A stretch of DNA of 64,000 nucleotides from an uncultured Candidatus Entotheonella sp. (GTDB taxonomy: Bacteria > Tectomicrobia > Entotheonellia > Entotheonellales > Entotheonellaceae): NCBI GenBank assembly GCA_965215335.1, contig CBDCDA010000002.1, positions 259,682 through 323,681 on the forward strand, in the 5' to 3' direction. The position numbers and the translations under genes are program-made. How positions within the stretch are numbered: the first letter of the stretch is position 1; every line of letters starts with the position of its first letter. The notes beneath the pieces are model-generated. The model ran no database searches and was not told the origin of the DNA. It saw only the letters and a list, made by a program, of their open reading frames with translations. This document shows, piece after piece, positions 53,541 to 62,245 of the stretch.

Positions 53541-54270
53541 TCAGCAGGCTGGCAGCGGCTTTCGGCGGGATCGCGCTTTCAGCATGTTCAGGGCCTCGTC
53601 GACCAAGGCACGTCTGCCACCCTCGCGCCGATGTGCAGCGGTCCGGCCTGGGTAGCCGGTTTCGGGTTGAAGCTGCCGCACGTCCTCGGACGGCGGTTCA
53701 TACGGCCCGAAACGGCGCTCCAGGGATGCGCGGAAAAACTGCCGGCCCAAGGCACTGGCCTTGGCCGCCGCCCGGCCTTGGCGGGTGGCGACCGCCAGCC
53801 CTGCGCCGTGCTGCCGAAGATCCAGGTCGAAGCGGGCGAAGGACCGGCGTAGCTCATCCCATGAGACGGCCTTTTCCAGCGCCTCGGCAAGCGCCGCCTT
53901 CGGCTCGTCGGCACTCCAGCCCTCGAACGAAACCAGTCTTCCGTGCGCCTCCATGTCGCGGGTCCGCGCGGATACCGCCTTCCCTTATCGTCCTTTCCCT
54001 TGGCGTTGGCTGCGGCCGATGCGATTGCCCCGCGACAACCCATGCCGTTGCTCCAGAACACGGCAAGCCTCGTCCAGCTTGTAGAAGTCCTTCAGCGGGG
54101 TGACGTCGCGCAACGTGTCCGGGTACGCCTTTGTTGATGGCGACGTGCATGTGGGCGTGCTCGGTGTCGGTGTGGACGACGCTGACGCGCTGGTGATCGC
54201 CGTAACCCAGCGCCCGGCACAACTCGTCTTTGCAGTCTGCGAGCTGCTCAGGCGTCGGGCTGTCCTCGGC
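53541..54270 (-). pseudogene. MobA/VirD2 (IncP TraI-like) relaxase fragment, frameshifted and 5'-truncated
   Basis: Motif III HTDTEHAHMHVAINK (frame of ORF 53854-54222). Continuation AYPDTLRDVTPLKDFYKLDEACRVLEQRHGLS in another frame. Further C-terminal part in ORF 53541-53954. Confidence 0.7.
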
Positions 54271-54500
54271 GCGGCATGAACCGCACGATCAAGGAGGCCA
54301 CCGTCAAGCGTTTCCACAACGAGAGTCATGCCCGACTACGCAGCCACCTGGATGACTTTCTGTCGGCCTGCAACTTCGCGCGCCGTCTCAAGATCCTCCA
54401 AGGCCTTACACCCTACGAATACATCTGCAAGGTCTGGACATTGGAGCCGCAAGGATTCAAAATCGATCCATACCATCAAATCACGGGACTATGCAATGGC
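54270..54500 (+). pseudogene. IS481-family transposase C-terminal fragment
   Basis: MNRTIKEATVKRFHNESHARLRSHLDDFLSACNFARRLKILQGLTPYEYICKVW is the typical rve-domain C-terminus. No upstream catalytic region is present. Confidence 0.65.
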
Positions 54501-54512
54501 AGCATGTCAGCT

Positions 54513-56450
54513 TCAAGGGGCCGCGGCGAAAGAACCGCCCGGTAGTATCGGGCTGATAACCAGCGTCAGGCCCCAGGTGGGCGGCGCGCCGGCGCCGGGC
54601 TGTATGGTGCCGGGGGTGAGGAACCAGCCGCTGAGGAACGGGGTGTCGTGGTCGGCAAGGCGGCGGTCATCGAAATAGTGGCGCAGCAGCACCTCCTGCA
54701 TGTAGGCGAGGCGCCGGCTGCCGGACAGCCGGCTGTGCGCGAACACGGTCTGCCACAGGCGTTCGTGCGGTGGCGGTTCCGGGCCTTGCGGCGCGTCGGG
54801 CAGAGCCACGGAGACAGCCTGCCCGGGAGCGATGCTGCCGAGTGGCGACGGCTTGCCGCGGTGCATGAGGGTCGCCGCGTGCAAGGGCAGGGCGCCGGGG
54901 TTGTCGACCTGCACGTTCAGGCCGCCCGTCTGCCGTTCGGCGTGCGCCCGTATGGGTGCGGGGACCATGCCCTCCAGCGAGAACGCCCGCAGCGTCCAGG
55001 GCCCGAGGTCGACGTGGCGAATCGCCGTCGATCCGGCGGCGTCGACCTCAAGGGCCTCGCCGGCCGGCCCGGCGCCGCGCGTGAAGGTGTGGCGCATCAT
55101 CATTTCGGGCTGTTGCAGCGGCAGGGTGTAGCGCCCACCATGCACGGAAAACACCCCGACCGCGCCGCGCAAACGGCTGTAACCGGTGGCGGGCAGCACT
55201 TCCAGGGTGGTGAGATCAAACGCCATGGCCGGGCGGTGCAGGCTGTGTTGCGTCAGCAGGCCGTAGCCCGCGGCGGTGAACGCCAGGAGCAGCAGCGCCA
55301 CGCCGAGCCCCGCCGCGGCGGGGCGCAGACGCCGCCGCTTGATGATCCAGAAGAGGCCGCCGAGGGCGCTGCAGTAGGCGATCAGGAGAACGCCGAGGGT
55401 GACGTGTGAGGGGTAGAGCAGAATCGGGCGCGACAGGATTTCGACCGCTGGGTGCCGCTCATCGAGCAGCCCGAGCTCGGCGAACACGCGGCTGAAGTCG
55501 ATGCGTTCGTCGGGTTGCAGCATGTCACGCCACAGGGCCTGGTTGCCGATCCAGCCGGCCAGGGGCCGGATGGCGTAATCGACCGCCAGAAAGACGACCC
55601 GGCCGTTGCCGAAGGCGCGTTGCGCCAGCAGCGGCGCATCCGCGCTGCCGACCAGTACCTCCCCTTGCGTCAGGCGCGACTGCAGGGCGATGAGCGGCGC
55701 CGGCGGCAGCGGCACGCCGTAATGCGCCGCCAGCTCGGGCAGGCCGTCGCGCTGCTGAACGCCGAACACCTGCACCGGCAGCAACGCCTGCAGGCGCGGC
55801 TCGGCGAGCAGGGCGTAGCGCGAATCGCTGGCCACCACCAGGGTGCCGCCGCCGGCGATCCACTGCCGCAGCGCTCGCGCTTGGGCCTCCGACAGCGATT
55901 GCAGCGACAACCCCTTCAGCACCATGGCGGATACGCTGTCGTAGCCGTACCAGTGCTGTGGCAGCTCGTCTTGCGGCAGGTAGACGATACGGGTATGGGT
56001 CGGCAGCAGCGTCGCCAGAAAGTCCAGGCTCGGGTCGCGCGTCAGGCCGAGGATGACCTGCTCGGCGCTCACGGCCGTTCGCAGGTCGAGGCTCTGCTGT
56101 TGCAACACCGCCTCGCCATGGCGCAGAAACACCTCGACGGGACGGCTGATGCTGGTGATCGGCACCGTGAAGGCGAACCGCTTGCGCGCCCGGTGCGACA
56201 GCGACACCGGCTGCGTGAAGCTGGTGACGTGCAAATCTCCCCGCATCTCGCTGCCGCGCCAAACCCGCACGCCCAGCGTGCCGGTTACCGGTTGCCCGCT
56301 GTTGTGCAGCCGCACGATGATCCGATTCCATTTTTCCAGCCGTACTGTCCCCTGCAGGCCCAGCCGCGCCTCCATCGTCACCTCGGCTCCCGCCAAGCCC
56401 GGCACCGCAGCCCACCACAGGCAAAGCATGAGGCGCCGTGCCCATCGCAT
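54513..56450 (-). CDS. Large exported/membrane protein of unknown function
   Basis: ATG 56450 (MRWARRLMLCLWWAAVPGLAGA signal). A mid-protein pair of TM helices (HVTLGVLLIAYCSALGGLFWII; AAGLGVALLLLAFTAAGYGLL). No family recognised with confidence. Confidence 0.55.
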   Translation of the reverse strand: MRWARRLMLCLWWAAVPGLAGAEVTMEARLGLQGTVRLEKWNRIIVRLHNSGQPVTGTLGVRVWRGSEMRGDLHVTSFTQPVSLSHRARKRFAFTVPITSISRPVEVFLRHGEAVLQQQSLDLRTAVSAEQVILGLTRDPSLDFLATLLPTHTRIVYLPQDELPQHWYGYDSVSAMVLKGLSLQSLSEAQARALRQWIAGGGTLVVASDSRYALLAEPRLQALLPVQVFGVQQRDGLPELAAHYGVPLPPAPLIALQSRLTQGEVLVGSADAPLLAQRAFGNGRVVFLAVDYAIRPLAGWIGNQALWRDMLQPDERIDFSRVFAELGLLDERHPAVEILSRPILLYPSHVTLGVLLIAYCSALGGLFWIIKRRRLRPAAAGLGVALLLLAFTAAGYGLLTQHSLHRPAMAFDLTTLEVLPATGYSRLRGAVGVFSVHGGRYTLPLQQPEMMMRHTFTRGAGPAGEALEVDAAGSTAIRHVDLGPWTLRAFSLEGMVPAPIRAHAERQTGGLNVQVDNPGALPLHAATLMHRGKPSPLGSIAPGQAVSVALPDAPQGPEPPPHERLWQTVFAHSRLSGSRRLAYMQEVLLRHYFDDRRLADHDTPFLSGWFLTPGTIQPGAGAPPTWGLTLVISPILPGGSFAAAP

Positions 56451-56652
56451 CGGGTCGCTCCTATGTCGATCGGGTTCGCCGCAGGCGTAACCCGACGTTA
56501 CCGAAATTGAGGGTAGGGAATTGCTGACGATTTGCTCATTGTACTGCGTCATTTTACTTGCCATGATGGCATGACGAGTTGTCTAAAGTATGCCTGAGGC
56601 GGGGCGAAGGGGAAATGCGGCAACGCAGAGATCCTGATTAAAGGAGTCAGAC

Positions 56653-57444
56653 ATGACAACAACCATCGAACACGCCGCCGCCCTGTTGGCGCAGAACCGG
56701 CTGCGGAGCGAGCGCTTGCCGGGATTGCCGGCGGCGTGCCGTCCGGCGAGCGAGGAAGCGGCATATGCCGTGCAGTTGGCGCTGCGCGAGCAGTTGATCC
56801 GGGCCGGCGGCGGGGACTTGGCGGGCTACAAGGTCGGCGCCACGAGCCAGGTGATGCAGGACTACCTGGACATTCACAACCCGTGCGGCGGCGGGGTGCT
56901 GGCGAACGGGGTGCATCCGTCGCCCGCCGAGGTGGCGTATGGCGGTTACGTCCGTCCCGGCGTCGAGTGCGAGATCGCCGTGCGGCTGGCCGCCGACCTG
57001 CCGCCGGAGGCGGCGCCGTTTGCGCAGGCGCAGGTGGCCGAGGCAGTCGGAGCCTGCATGGCGGCCATCGAGATCGTCGATGATCGCTATGCCGACTGGC
57101 GCTCGCTGGACACGCCGACCCTGATTGCCGACGACTTCTTTCAAGCGGGCATCGTGCTGGGACCCGCCAACACGGAGTGGCGCCGGCTCGACCTCGCCGC
57201 GCTGCCGGGCATGATGGCCATCAACGGCCAGGAACGCGGCCGCGGCCTGGGCGGCGACGTGCTGGGGCACCCGTTCACGGCGCTGACGTGGCTGGCCAAT
57301 CAACTCGCGGCGTACGGAATCGGCTTGCGCAGCGGCCAGGTCGTCCTCACCGGCAGCGTCGTGGCCACCCAATGGGTCGAGCGGGGCGACCAGGTGCGGG
57401 TGGCTGTCGAGGGGCTGGACGCGGCCGGGGTCGTGTTCGTTTAA
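56653..57444 (+). CDS. 2-keto-4-pentenoate hydratase/decarboxylase family (FAH fold, MhpD-like)
   Basis: 263 aa after AAAGGAG. AYAVQ...GYKVGATS, and ECEIAV...GSV. Confidence 0.7.
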   Translation: MTTTIEHAAALLAQNRLRSERLPGLPAACRPASEEAAYAVQLALREQLIRAGGGDLAGYKVGATSQVMQDYLDIHNPCGGGVLANGVHPSPAEVAYGGYVRPGVECEIAVRLAADLPPEAAPFAQAQVAEAVGACMAAIEIVDDRYADWRSLDTPTLIADDFFQAGIVLGPANTEWRRLDLAALPGMMAINGQERGRGLGGDVLGHPFTALTWLANQLAAYGIGLRSGQVVLTGSVVATQWVERGDQVRVAVEGLDAAGVVFV

Positions 57445-57478
57445 TAGACCTTGAACGCAGTGGTTCCATAGTGAGGTC

Positions 57479-57499
57479 GGTGGCCTTGCCAAGGCCACC
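57479..57499 (+). terminator. Stem-loop downstream of the hydratase gene (no U-tract)
   Basis: GGTGGCCTT-GCC-AAGGCCACC, a perfect 9-bp stem 35 nt after the stop codon. Confidence 0.3.
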
Positions 57500-57704
57500 G
57501 AAAGGGAAGTCTCCAACATGCGTGGCAACGCCGACGGAAGGCGTGGACGGCCCTCCAACTCATGGCGGGTCCGGTCAACAGGAAAATCTCTCTCCCGGCT
57601 CGTGCAAGCAAAAGGAACCCCGATTCGTCGAATCAAAAACGCATGCTGGTCCTTTGGCGATCGAAAGCTGTACGCGTCCGACTTGGTGAGAGGGTTTAAC
57701 CGTT

Positions 57705-58313
57705 GTGGCCATTGCGGATGAGGAGAGAGGCTGGATCCGGCGGTCCCGAGAGGGAGATGCGCAGGCTTATCGTCATTTGGTGGAGCGTTACCAAGCCCAG
57801 ACTCACAGACTGGTTTCCGGTCTGCTGGGGCACGGGCACGGAAGTATCGACGATGTCGTTCAGGAGGTGTTCGTGAAGGCCTATTTTTCCCTCGAACGCT
57901 TCCGAGAAGAGGCCACTTTCGCAACCTGGATTTACCGGATCGCCGTCAATCGGGCGCGGGATGAGATCAGAAAGACATCAAGGCAGGTACCCCTGGACGC
58001 AAACCTCTCGGGGGAAACCGTACAGGCGCTGAGGGGCCTGTGGAATCAGGCCGCGGACGAGGAAGACGATGGTCCGGTCGCCTCGGAGTCCCTGCAGCGA
58101 TTCGTAAGCCAGGCGATTACCGCTCTGCCCGAGAAGCTGCGGACGGTCGTGACGCTGAAAGACCTGGAAGGACTATCGTATCAAGAGGTGAGCCAGGTTC
58201 TGAAATGTTCCGTGGGGACCGTGAAGTCGAGGCATTCCAGAGCACGGGAGAAACTTCGCGCCCTGCTCGTTCCCCATCTTCCTGATCTGCAAACACGAGG
58301 AAGCTCGTCATGA
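57705..58313 (+). CDS. ECF-type RNA polymerase sigma factor (sigma-70 regions 2 and 4)
   Basis: GTG start. GDAQAYRHLVERYQ, FATWIYRIAVNRARDEIRK, LKDLEGLSYQEVSQVLKCSVGTVKSRHSRAREKL. Confidence 0.85.
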   Translation: MAIADEERGWIRRSREGDAQAYRHLVERYQAQTHRLVSGLLGHGHGSIDDVVQEVFVKAYFSLERFREEATFATWIYRIAVNRARDEIRKTSRQVPLDANLSGETVQALRGLWNQAADEEDDGPVASESLQRFVSQAITALPEKLRTVVTLKDLEGLSYQEVSQVLKCSVGTVKSRHSRAREKLRALLVPHLPDLQTRGSSS

Positions 58314-58618
58314 GCCGTGAGGAGAACTTCTGGAGAAGGTTTTTCGCCAGTGCGGCCAAGGCGGAACCGGCTGGGTCCCTTTGGCCGGGAATCTTGGTGG
58401 AAATCGAGGCGGAAATCGAGCGGCGGGAGTCCTTCAGCGCAGCGGTGCTCTGGATGGGGCGCCGTCTGGCGCCCGCCTTTGCGCTGCTGCTTCTTGTCGT
58501 CGGAGGAACGGCCCTGTGGGGCGGAAGCGACACGAGTCTGCTGGATTCGGAGTCGGTTCTGGCAAGCTTGATGGTGCCGGATGCCATCCTGAGCCAGTGG
58601 GCGGGGGTGCTTGAATAA
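58310..58618 (+). CDS. Putative anti-sigma factor (single TM)
   Basis: 102 aa, ATGA overlap with the sigma gene, one TM helix (APAFALLLLVVGGTALW). Assigned by position only. Confidence 0.45.
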   Translation: MSREENFWRRFFASAAKAEPAGSLWPGILVEIEAEIERRESFSAAVLWMGRRLAPAFALLLLVVGGTALWGGSDTSLLDSESVLASLMVPDAILSQWAGVLE

Positions 58619-59038
58619 ATGCGACGGAAAGCGTTGTGGGTCCTGATCGGCGTGTTCATCCTCGGGGTGGGGACCGGCGTGTTCCTGGACCGGGCCAGTA
58701 TGAAATATCACTGGTGGGGACATCGGAGGGGCGGCTGGGAAGGCAGCCTCGAGAAGCGACAGGCCCGCATCCTCAATTTCATGGTCCACAAGCTGGATCT
58801 CAGTGATGATCAGCGGGCCAGGATCGAGCCTATCCTCAGAGAAACCTGGAACGAAGTCTCCATGCTCGGGTTGGGGTTTATCGAGAGAATGGAACAAGTG
58901 CTGCAACAAAATGCGGACCGCATCCGCTTGCACCTGCGACCCGAACAGGCCGCAAAATTCGACAGGCTCGTGGAAAAGTTCCATAACAAATCCCGCAACT
59001 GGCGGGAACGCCTGGGTGAAAAGACGCCTGTCCCCTGA
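58619..59038 (+). CDS. Spy/CpxP-family (LTxxQ-type) periplasmic protein
   Basis: Anchor/signal VLIGVFILGVGTGVF. LDLSDDQRARIEPIL and LRPEQAAKFDRL repeats. Confidence 0.6.
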   Translation: MRRKALWVLIGVFILGVGTGVFLDRASMKYHWWGHRRGGWEGSLEKRQARILNFMVHKLDLSDDQRARIEPILRETWNEVSMLGLGFIERMEQVLQQNADRIRLHLRPEQAAKFDRLVEKFHNKSRNWRERLGEKTPVP

Positions 59039-59129
59039 TGCCCCGGGACGCTGGAACCCCCCTGCGTCCAACATGCAGTTTCAAGGCGAAACCGCTTTGA
59101 GAAATAACCCGAACCAAGGAGCAGGAATC

Positions 59130-59672
59130 ATGGCAGACGTATCGAACGGCCAACCCCAGGCAGAAAACCCGCCCAAGCGGACATGCGGCGGATGGCTGAG
59201 GAAAAGGGCCAGGGTGCTGGCGCTCTTTTCCATCACCGTTCTGCTCGGTGTCGGCCTTCTGGGAGGGCTCGCTTCCAGTCATCCCATGTCCAAGATTCAA
59301 AAGGTGCTGAATCTGAAGGAACTGGCTCTGACCGACGAACAAGCGGACCGGATTATGAGCATCATGACCGAGACCCGCAAAGAGACCATTCAACTCCGGT
59401 CGGCGTTCAAGGTTGCCCGGATCGAGATGGGTGAACTACTGACGCAGGAGCAAGTGGACCAGGAAGCGGTCGCCCAAAAGGCCGATCAGATCGGCCAATC
59501 CGCGCAGCAACTGGTTCAACTCTGGACGGCCGCCGCAATCGACGTCCGCGGCATCCTGACACCTGAGCAGGTGGAAAAGGCCAAACCCTATCTCATGGAA
59601 TTTCTCTCGCATGGCCACGAGGGCCACGGGCACAGGAGATGGGGAAGAAAAGGAGGTCCTGAGGAGCGCTAG
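59130..59672 (+). CDS. Spy/CpxP/ZraP-like periplasmic protein with His-rich C-terminus
   Basis: ATG 59130 after AAGGAGCAGG. LALTDEQADRI, LLTQEQVDQEA, ILTPEQVEKAK, and the tail SHGHEGHGHRRWG. Confidence 0.6.
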   Translation: MADVSNGQPQAENPPKRTCGGWLRKRARVLALFSITVLLGVGLLGGLASSHPMSKIQKVLNLKELALTDEQADRIMSIMTETRKETIQLRSAFKVARIEMGELLTQEQVDQEAVAQKADQIGQSAQQLVQLWTAAAIDVRGILTPEQVEKAKPYLMEFLSHGHEGHGHRRWGRKGGPEER

Positions 59673-59684
59673 TGAAGTATCCGG

Positions 59685-59719
59685 GTTCCGCCTCTCCCTG
59701 TAGCAGGGAGAGGCGGAAC
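59685..59719. terminator. Strong hairpin between convergent genes (bidirectional terminator candidate)
   Basis: GTTCCGCCTCTCCCT-GTAGC-AGGGAGAGGCGGAAC, a perfect 15-bp stem 13 nt after the stop at 59672. Confidence 0.55.
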
Positions 59720-59867
59720 TCCCTGTGCGGGAACCTTTCCGGGGCCTTGAAAGTCGTAATCCACGATCTCCCGAGGCGGGGCACCATGTTTGTCAGAACG
59801 CGGGGCGAATAGTGGCGTATACGAGGCTGGCGGAGTTCCGCTCCCGTCAGGCGTTCGCGCCTCTGTT

Positions 59868-60500
59868 CTACTTGACCCGGTAGAAGAAGTACGTGCCGGA
59901 GGGGCAGCGGGTGCCCGAGATGACAGGGCCGGGCGGCGTGTATTGGAGAAGGGCTACTCGGCGGGGTTCGCTGAAGCCGCGGATGGTCAGGGTGCCGGTG
60001 GGTTCGATGCCGCAGGATTCGCCGGTTGGGGACCGGTCGTGACGGCCCTGGGGATGCAGCGGCGTGACCCATTGGCCTTCGTTGACATAAACCACGTCGC
60101 CGACCGCCCATCGCCTGCCGGCTGCGGTCATGACCCGGGGCCTGTTGCCGTCGAGAATCGCCTTGGCTTCGGCTGTCAGTGCCTTGAGCTGGTTTGCAGC
60201 GCCGATGTCTTCCGGCGTGGCGGCAAAGTCGGCGAGGGTCCTGGTGGATTTGACGGTAAGATGGCCGAGGTCTTCGAGGCGCTGGCCCACTTCTTCGAGG
60301 CGCTGCAGCGGCCCCACGGACACCGTGACGACGAGGATAACCGCAGTCAGCCCCAGCACGCCGCCGACCAGGGCCGCGACCCGTGCCACCGGGTCCACTC
60401 CGGTCGATGCCGCCCCCGACTCGGCTTGCCCCGGACGCCCAAGCACGCCGGCCAGCAGCGCCCCGACGACGCCGATCATGGCAACGACGACGGTTTCCAT
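59868..60500 (-). CDS. Hypothetical membrane protein
   Basis: 210 aa, two N-terminal TM helices, then a soluble domain. Chosen over the overlapping Arg/Pro-rich 303-aa frame. Confidence 0.5.
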   Translation of the reverse strand: METVVVAMIGVVGALLAGVLGRPGQAESGAASTGVDPVARVAALVGGVLGLTAVILVVTVSVGPLQRLEEVGQRLEDLGHLTVKSTRTLADFAATPEDIGAANQLKALTAEAKAILDGNRPRVMTAAGRRWAVGDVVYVNEGQWVTPLHPQGRHDRSPTGESCGIEPTGTLTIRGFSEPRRVALLQYTPPGPVISGTRCPSGTYFFYRVK

Positions 60501-60513
60501 TCACTTGCCTCCC

Positions 60514-60972
60514 TCAATTGCGCCTTGTCCCAATGGGGTGGCCTGAACCCAAACCGTTCTGTATCCGAATCATAAACCGATGGACGGATTGAAGGAAGAG
60601 GCGCCGGTGCGGTGCTCGACCGTTCCTGCTACAAGCTGCGTGTATAATCGCACAGTCATGCGAAAACCACTCTAAAATGTTCCAGGTTGCAGTGCCTTCA
60701 ACGGCAAGTAAATAGAGCGTCTGGGATTCTGCCTCCGTCTGCGCCCAAGTCCGATACTCGGCTTCAGCAGTCGCTCGCTGTGTTTCGGTAATCAGGCCAT
60801 CGGCTACCATCTGAAGGCCGCGTGCGGCTGCAACCTCTGGCCATATATCGACTCGGGCGGCAAAATCCGGGTCGCGCCGTGCCGTGACTTCATGCTGAGG
60901 CGTCTCTCGGTGGAAGGGCTGCCAAGCCTCACCACTCATGCAGGAGATTACACCGTGAAAGCACTCTACCAT
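60514..60972 (-). pseudogene. 3' fragment of a class I SAM-methyltransferase-like gene, 5' end replaced by an IS4 remnant
   Basis: ...RGLQMVADGLITETQRATAEAEYRTWAQTEAESQTLYLLAVEG resembles the C-terminal end of small-molecule methyltransferases. No N-terminal SAM motifs are present. Weak call. Confidence 0.3.
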
Positions 60973-61235
60973 GCTCGGCTGACCTGCTCCAATCCATCTT
61001 TGGTTTGCATCGCGCCCGTATCACCTGTCTGGCGACTCTCGTCATCGCCTTGTTCAAGGTCAAAACCGTCAATCCGACTCAACTCGCCACCGCCTTTCCA
61101 GGCTCTGCCGAGATCGACTCGCACTATCGGCGTCTGCAACGCTTTTCCAACACGTCCGACTCCAAGACGCATCGGTGGTGCCATTCGCAGCCGCCTTGGT
61201 GCCCCATCCTCCGCTCTACCCCATGTGATTTTTCG
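60971..61235 (+). pseudogene. IS4-family transposase N-terminal fragment
   Basis: LLQSIFGLHRARITCLATLVIALFKVKTVNPTQLATAFPGSAEIDSHYRRLQRF matches my recollection of the N-terminus of IS4-family (DDE_Tnp_1) transposases. It is frame-broken after codon 3 and lacks the catalytic domain. Confidence 0.55.
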
Positions 61236-61251
61236 TATACAGTGGCCGTCA

Positions 61252-62245
61252 TCATCCAATTTGAAAAGGCTTTTCGAGCAACCTCAAGATATGGTGAAAC
61301 ACCTCGTTGATGAATTGCTGCCACTTGTCGTCAAGATAGAGAATCTCCGAAAGATCGAAAAACCTTTCCACGTGCATCTGTTCCAGTTGGTAGCGCATTT
61401 CGTCAGTCGCCACACCCACAACCAGAAAGTTTCTGGATCTCACAGGCGTACGATCAAAGGACTTCTTGACCGCACCGAGCCGCTCCAGTGCTCCGGCGGG
61501 ATCTGTTCCACCCTTCACTTCGATGGTTGACACGATCTCCCAAGCGCCGTTTGGGGCCTTTCTCTCAAAGCAAATGTCTGGCTCAGACCCAAAAGATCAT
61601 GCGCAGACTTTCGTCATCGTCCAACATCCAGCTTGTGCGGGTCTCATCGGCTCTGCACGCCTTGCCGGAATGGGCGTCGAGCCAGTTGACAATTTTGTCC
61701 TTAACGGCCGTCTCGGCCTCCTGTCCGATGATGTTTCTCAGCGCCCCGTCTTCGGTGATTCCCATGGTGGCCAGAATGTTCCGGTAACCGTTCTGGAGCG
61801 TCCAATCCGTTGACTCACGAATGATGGAAGAAATAACCGTATTGTAGAGTCGTGCAACTCGCAGTGCGCGTTCTTCCGTGACACGTACGTGACTGGGCGC
61901 TTTCTCCCAGCGGTCCACGGAGCCGGCGATCTGTTGCACCCGTTTCAGGGACAGCGTGGCGACGCCTCGATAGTGCAACGACGTATCCGGGTGCGCGCGC
62001 AGCATACCGGGATGGGCGAAGACGAGGCGTCGTTTGACGCCGATTCCTCTCACGTAACGCCACGCCACGAGGTCAATACCAAATTCTTCCGGGCGTCCCG
62101 CCAGATCCCCGGAGAACGCCAGAATCTTGGCGCGCACCGCCTCATCGACTCGCAGCCGAAGGCGGCAGGAAATGATCTGCGCCCGTTTGCGGGCTTCTTC
62201 CAGCCTGTTTCTGTCTATTACGGCTTTACCCAGTGGTACACGCAT
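61252..62245 (-). pseudogene. Type II restriction endonuclease (PD-ExK), frameshifted in an A4/T4 run at 61591-61594, 3' end possibly truncated
   Basis: The N-terminal part lies in ORF 61583-62329 (likely ATG 62245, overlapping the MTase stop). The downstream frame reads SEPDICFERKAPNGAWEIVSTIEVKGGTDPAGALERLGA (PD...EVK). The two frames join only if 1 nt is added or removed near 61590. Confidence 0.65.

Noticed and set aside
56559-56571. Palindrome TGCCAT-G-ATGGCA in the divergent intergenic region as an operator
   Set aside because: It is a perfect 6+6 inverted repeat, but there is no adjacent regulator gene and no second copy. This is insufficient support for a regulatory call.
57600-57640. 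ECF-type autoregulatory promoter (GGAAC ... CGTC) upstream of the sigma factor gene
   Set aside because: GGAAC is present (about 57613), but the CGTC-like element follows after only about 7 nt and no element sits at the expected 16-17-nt spacing. It is not reported as a feature.
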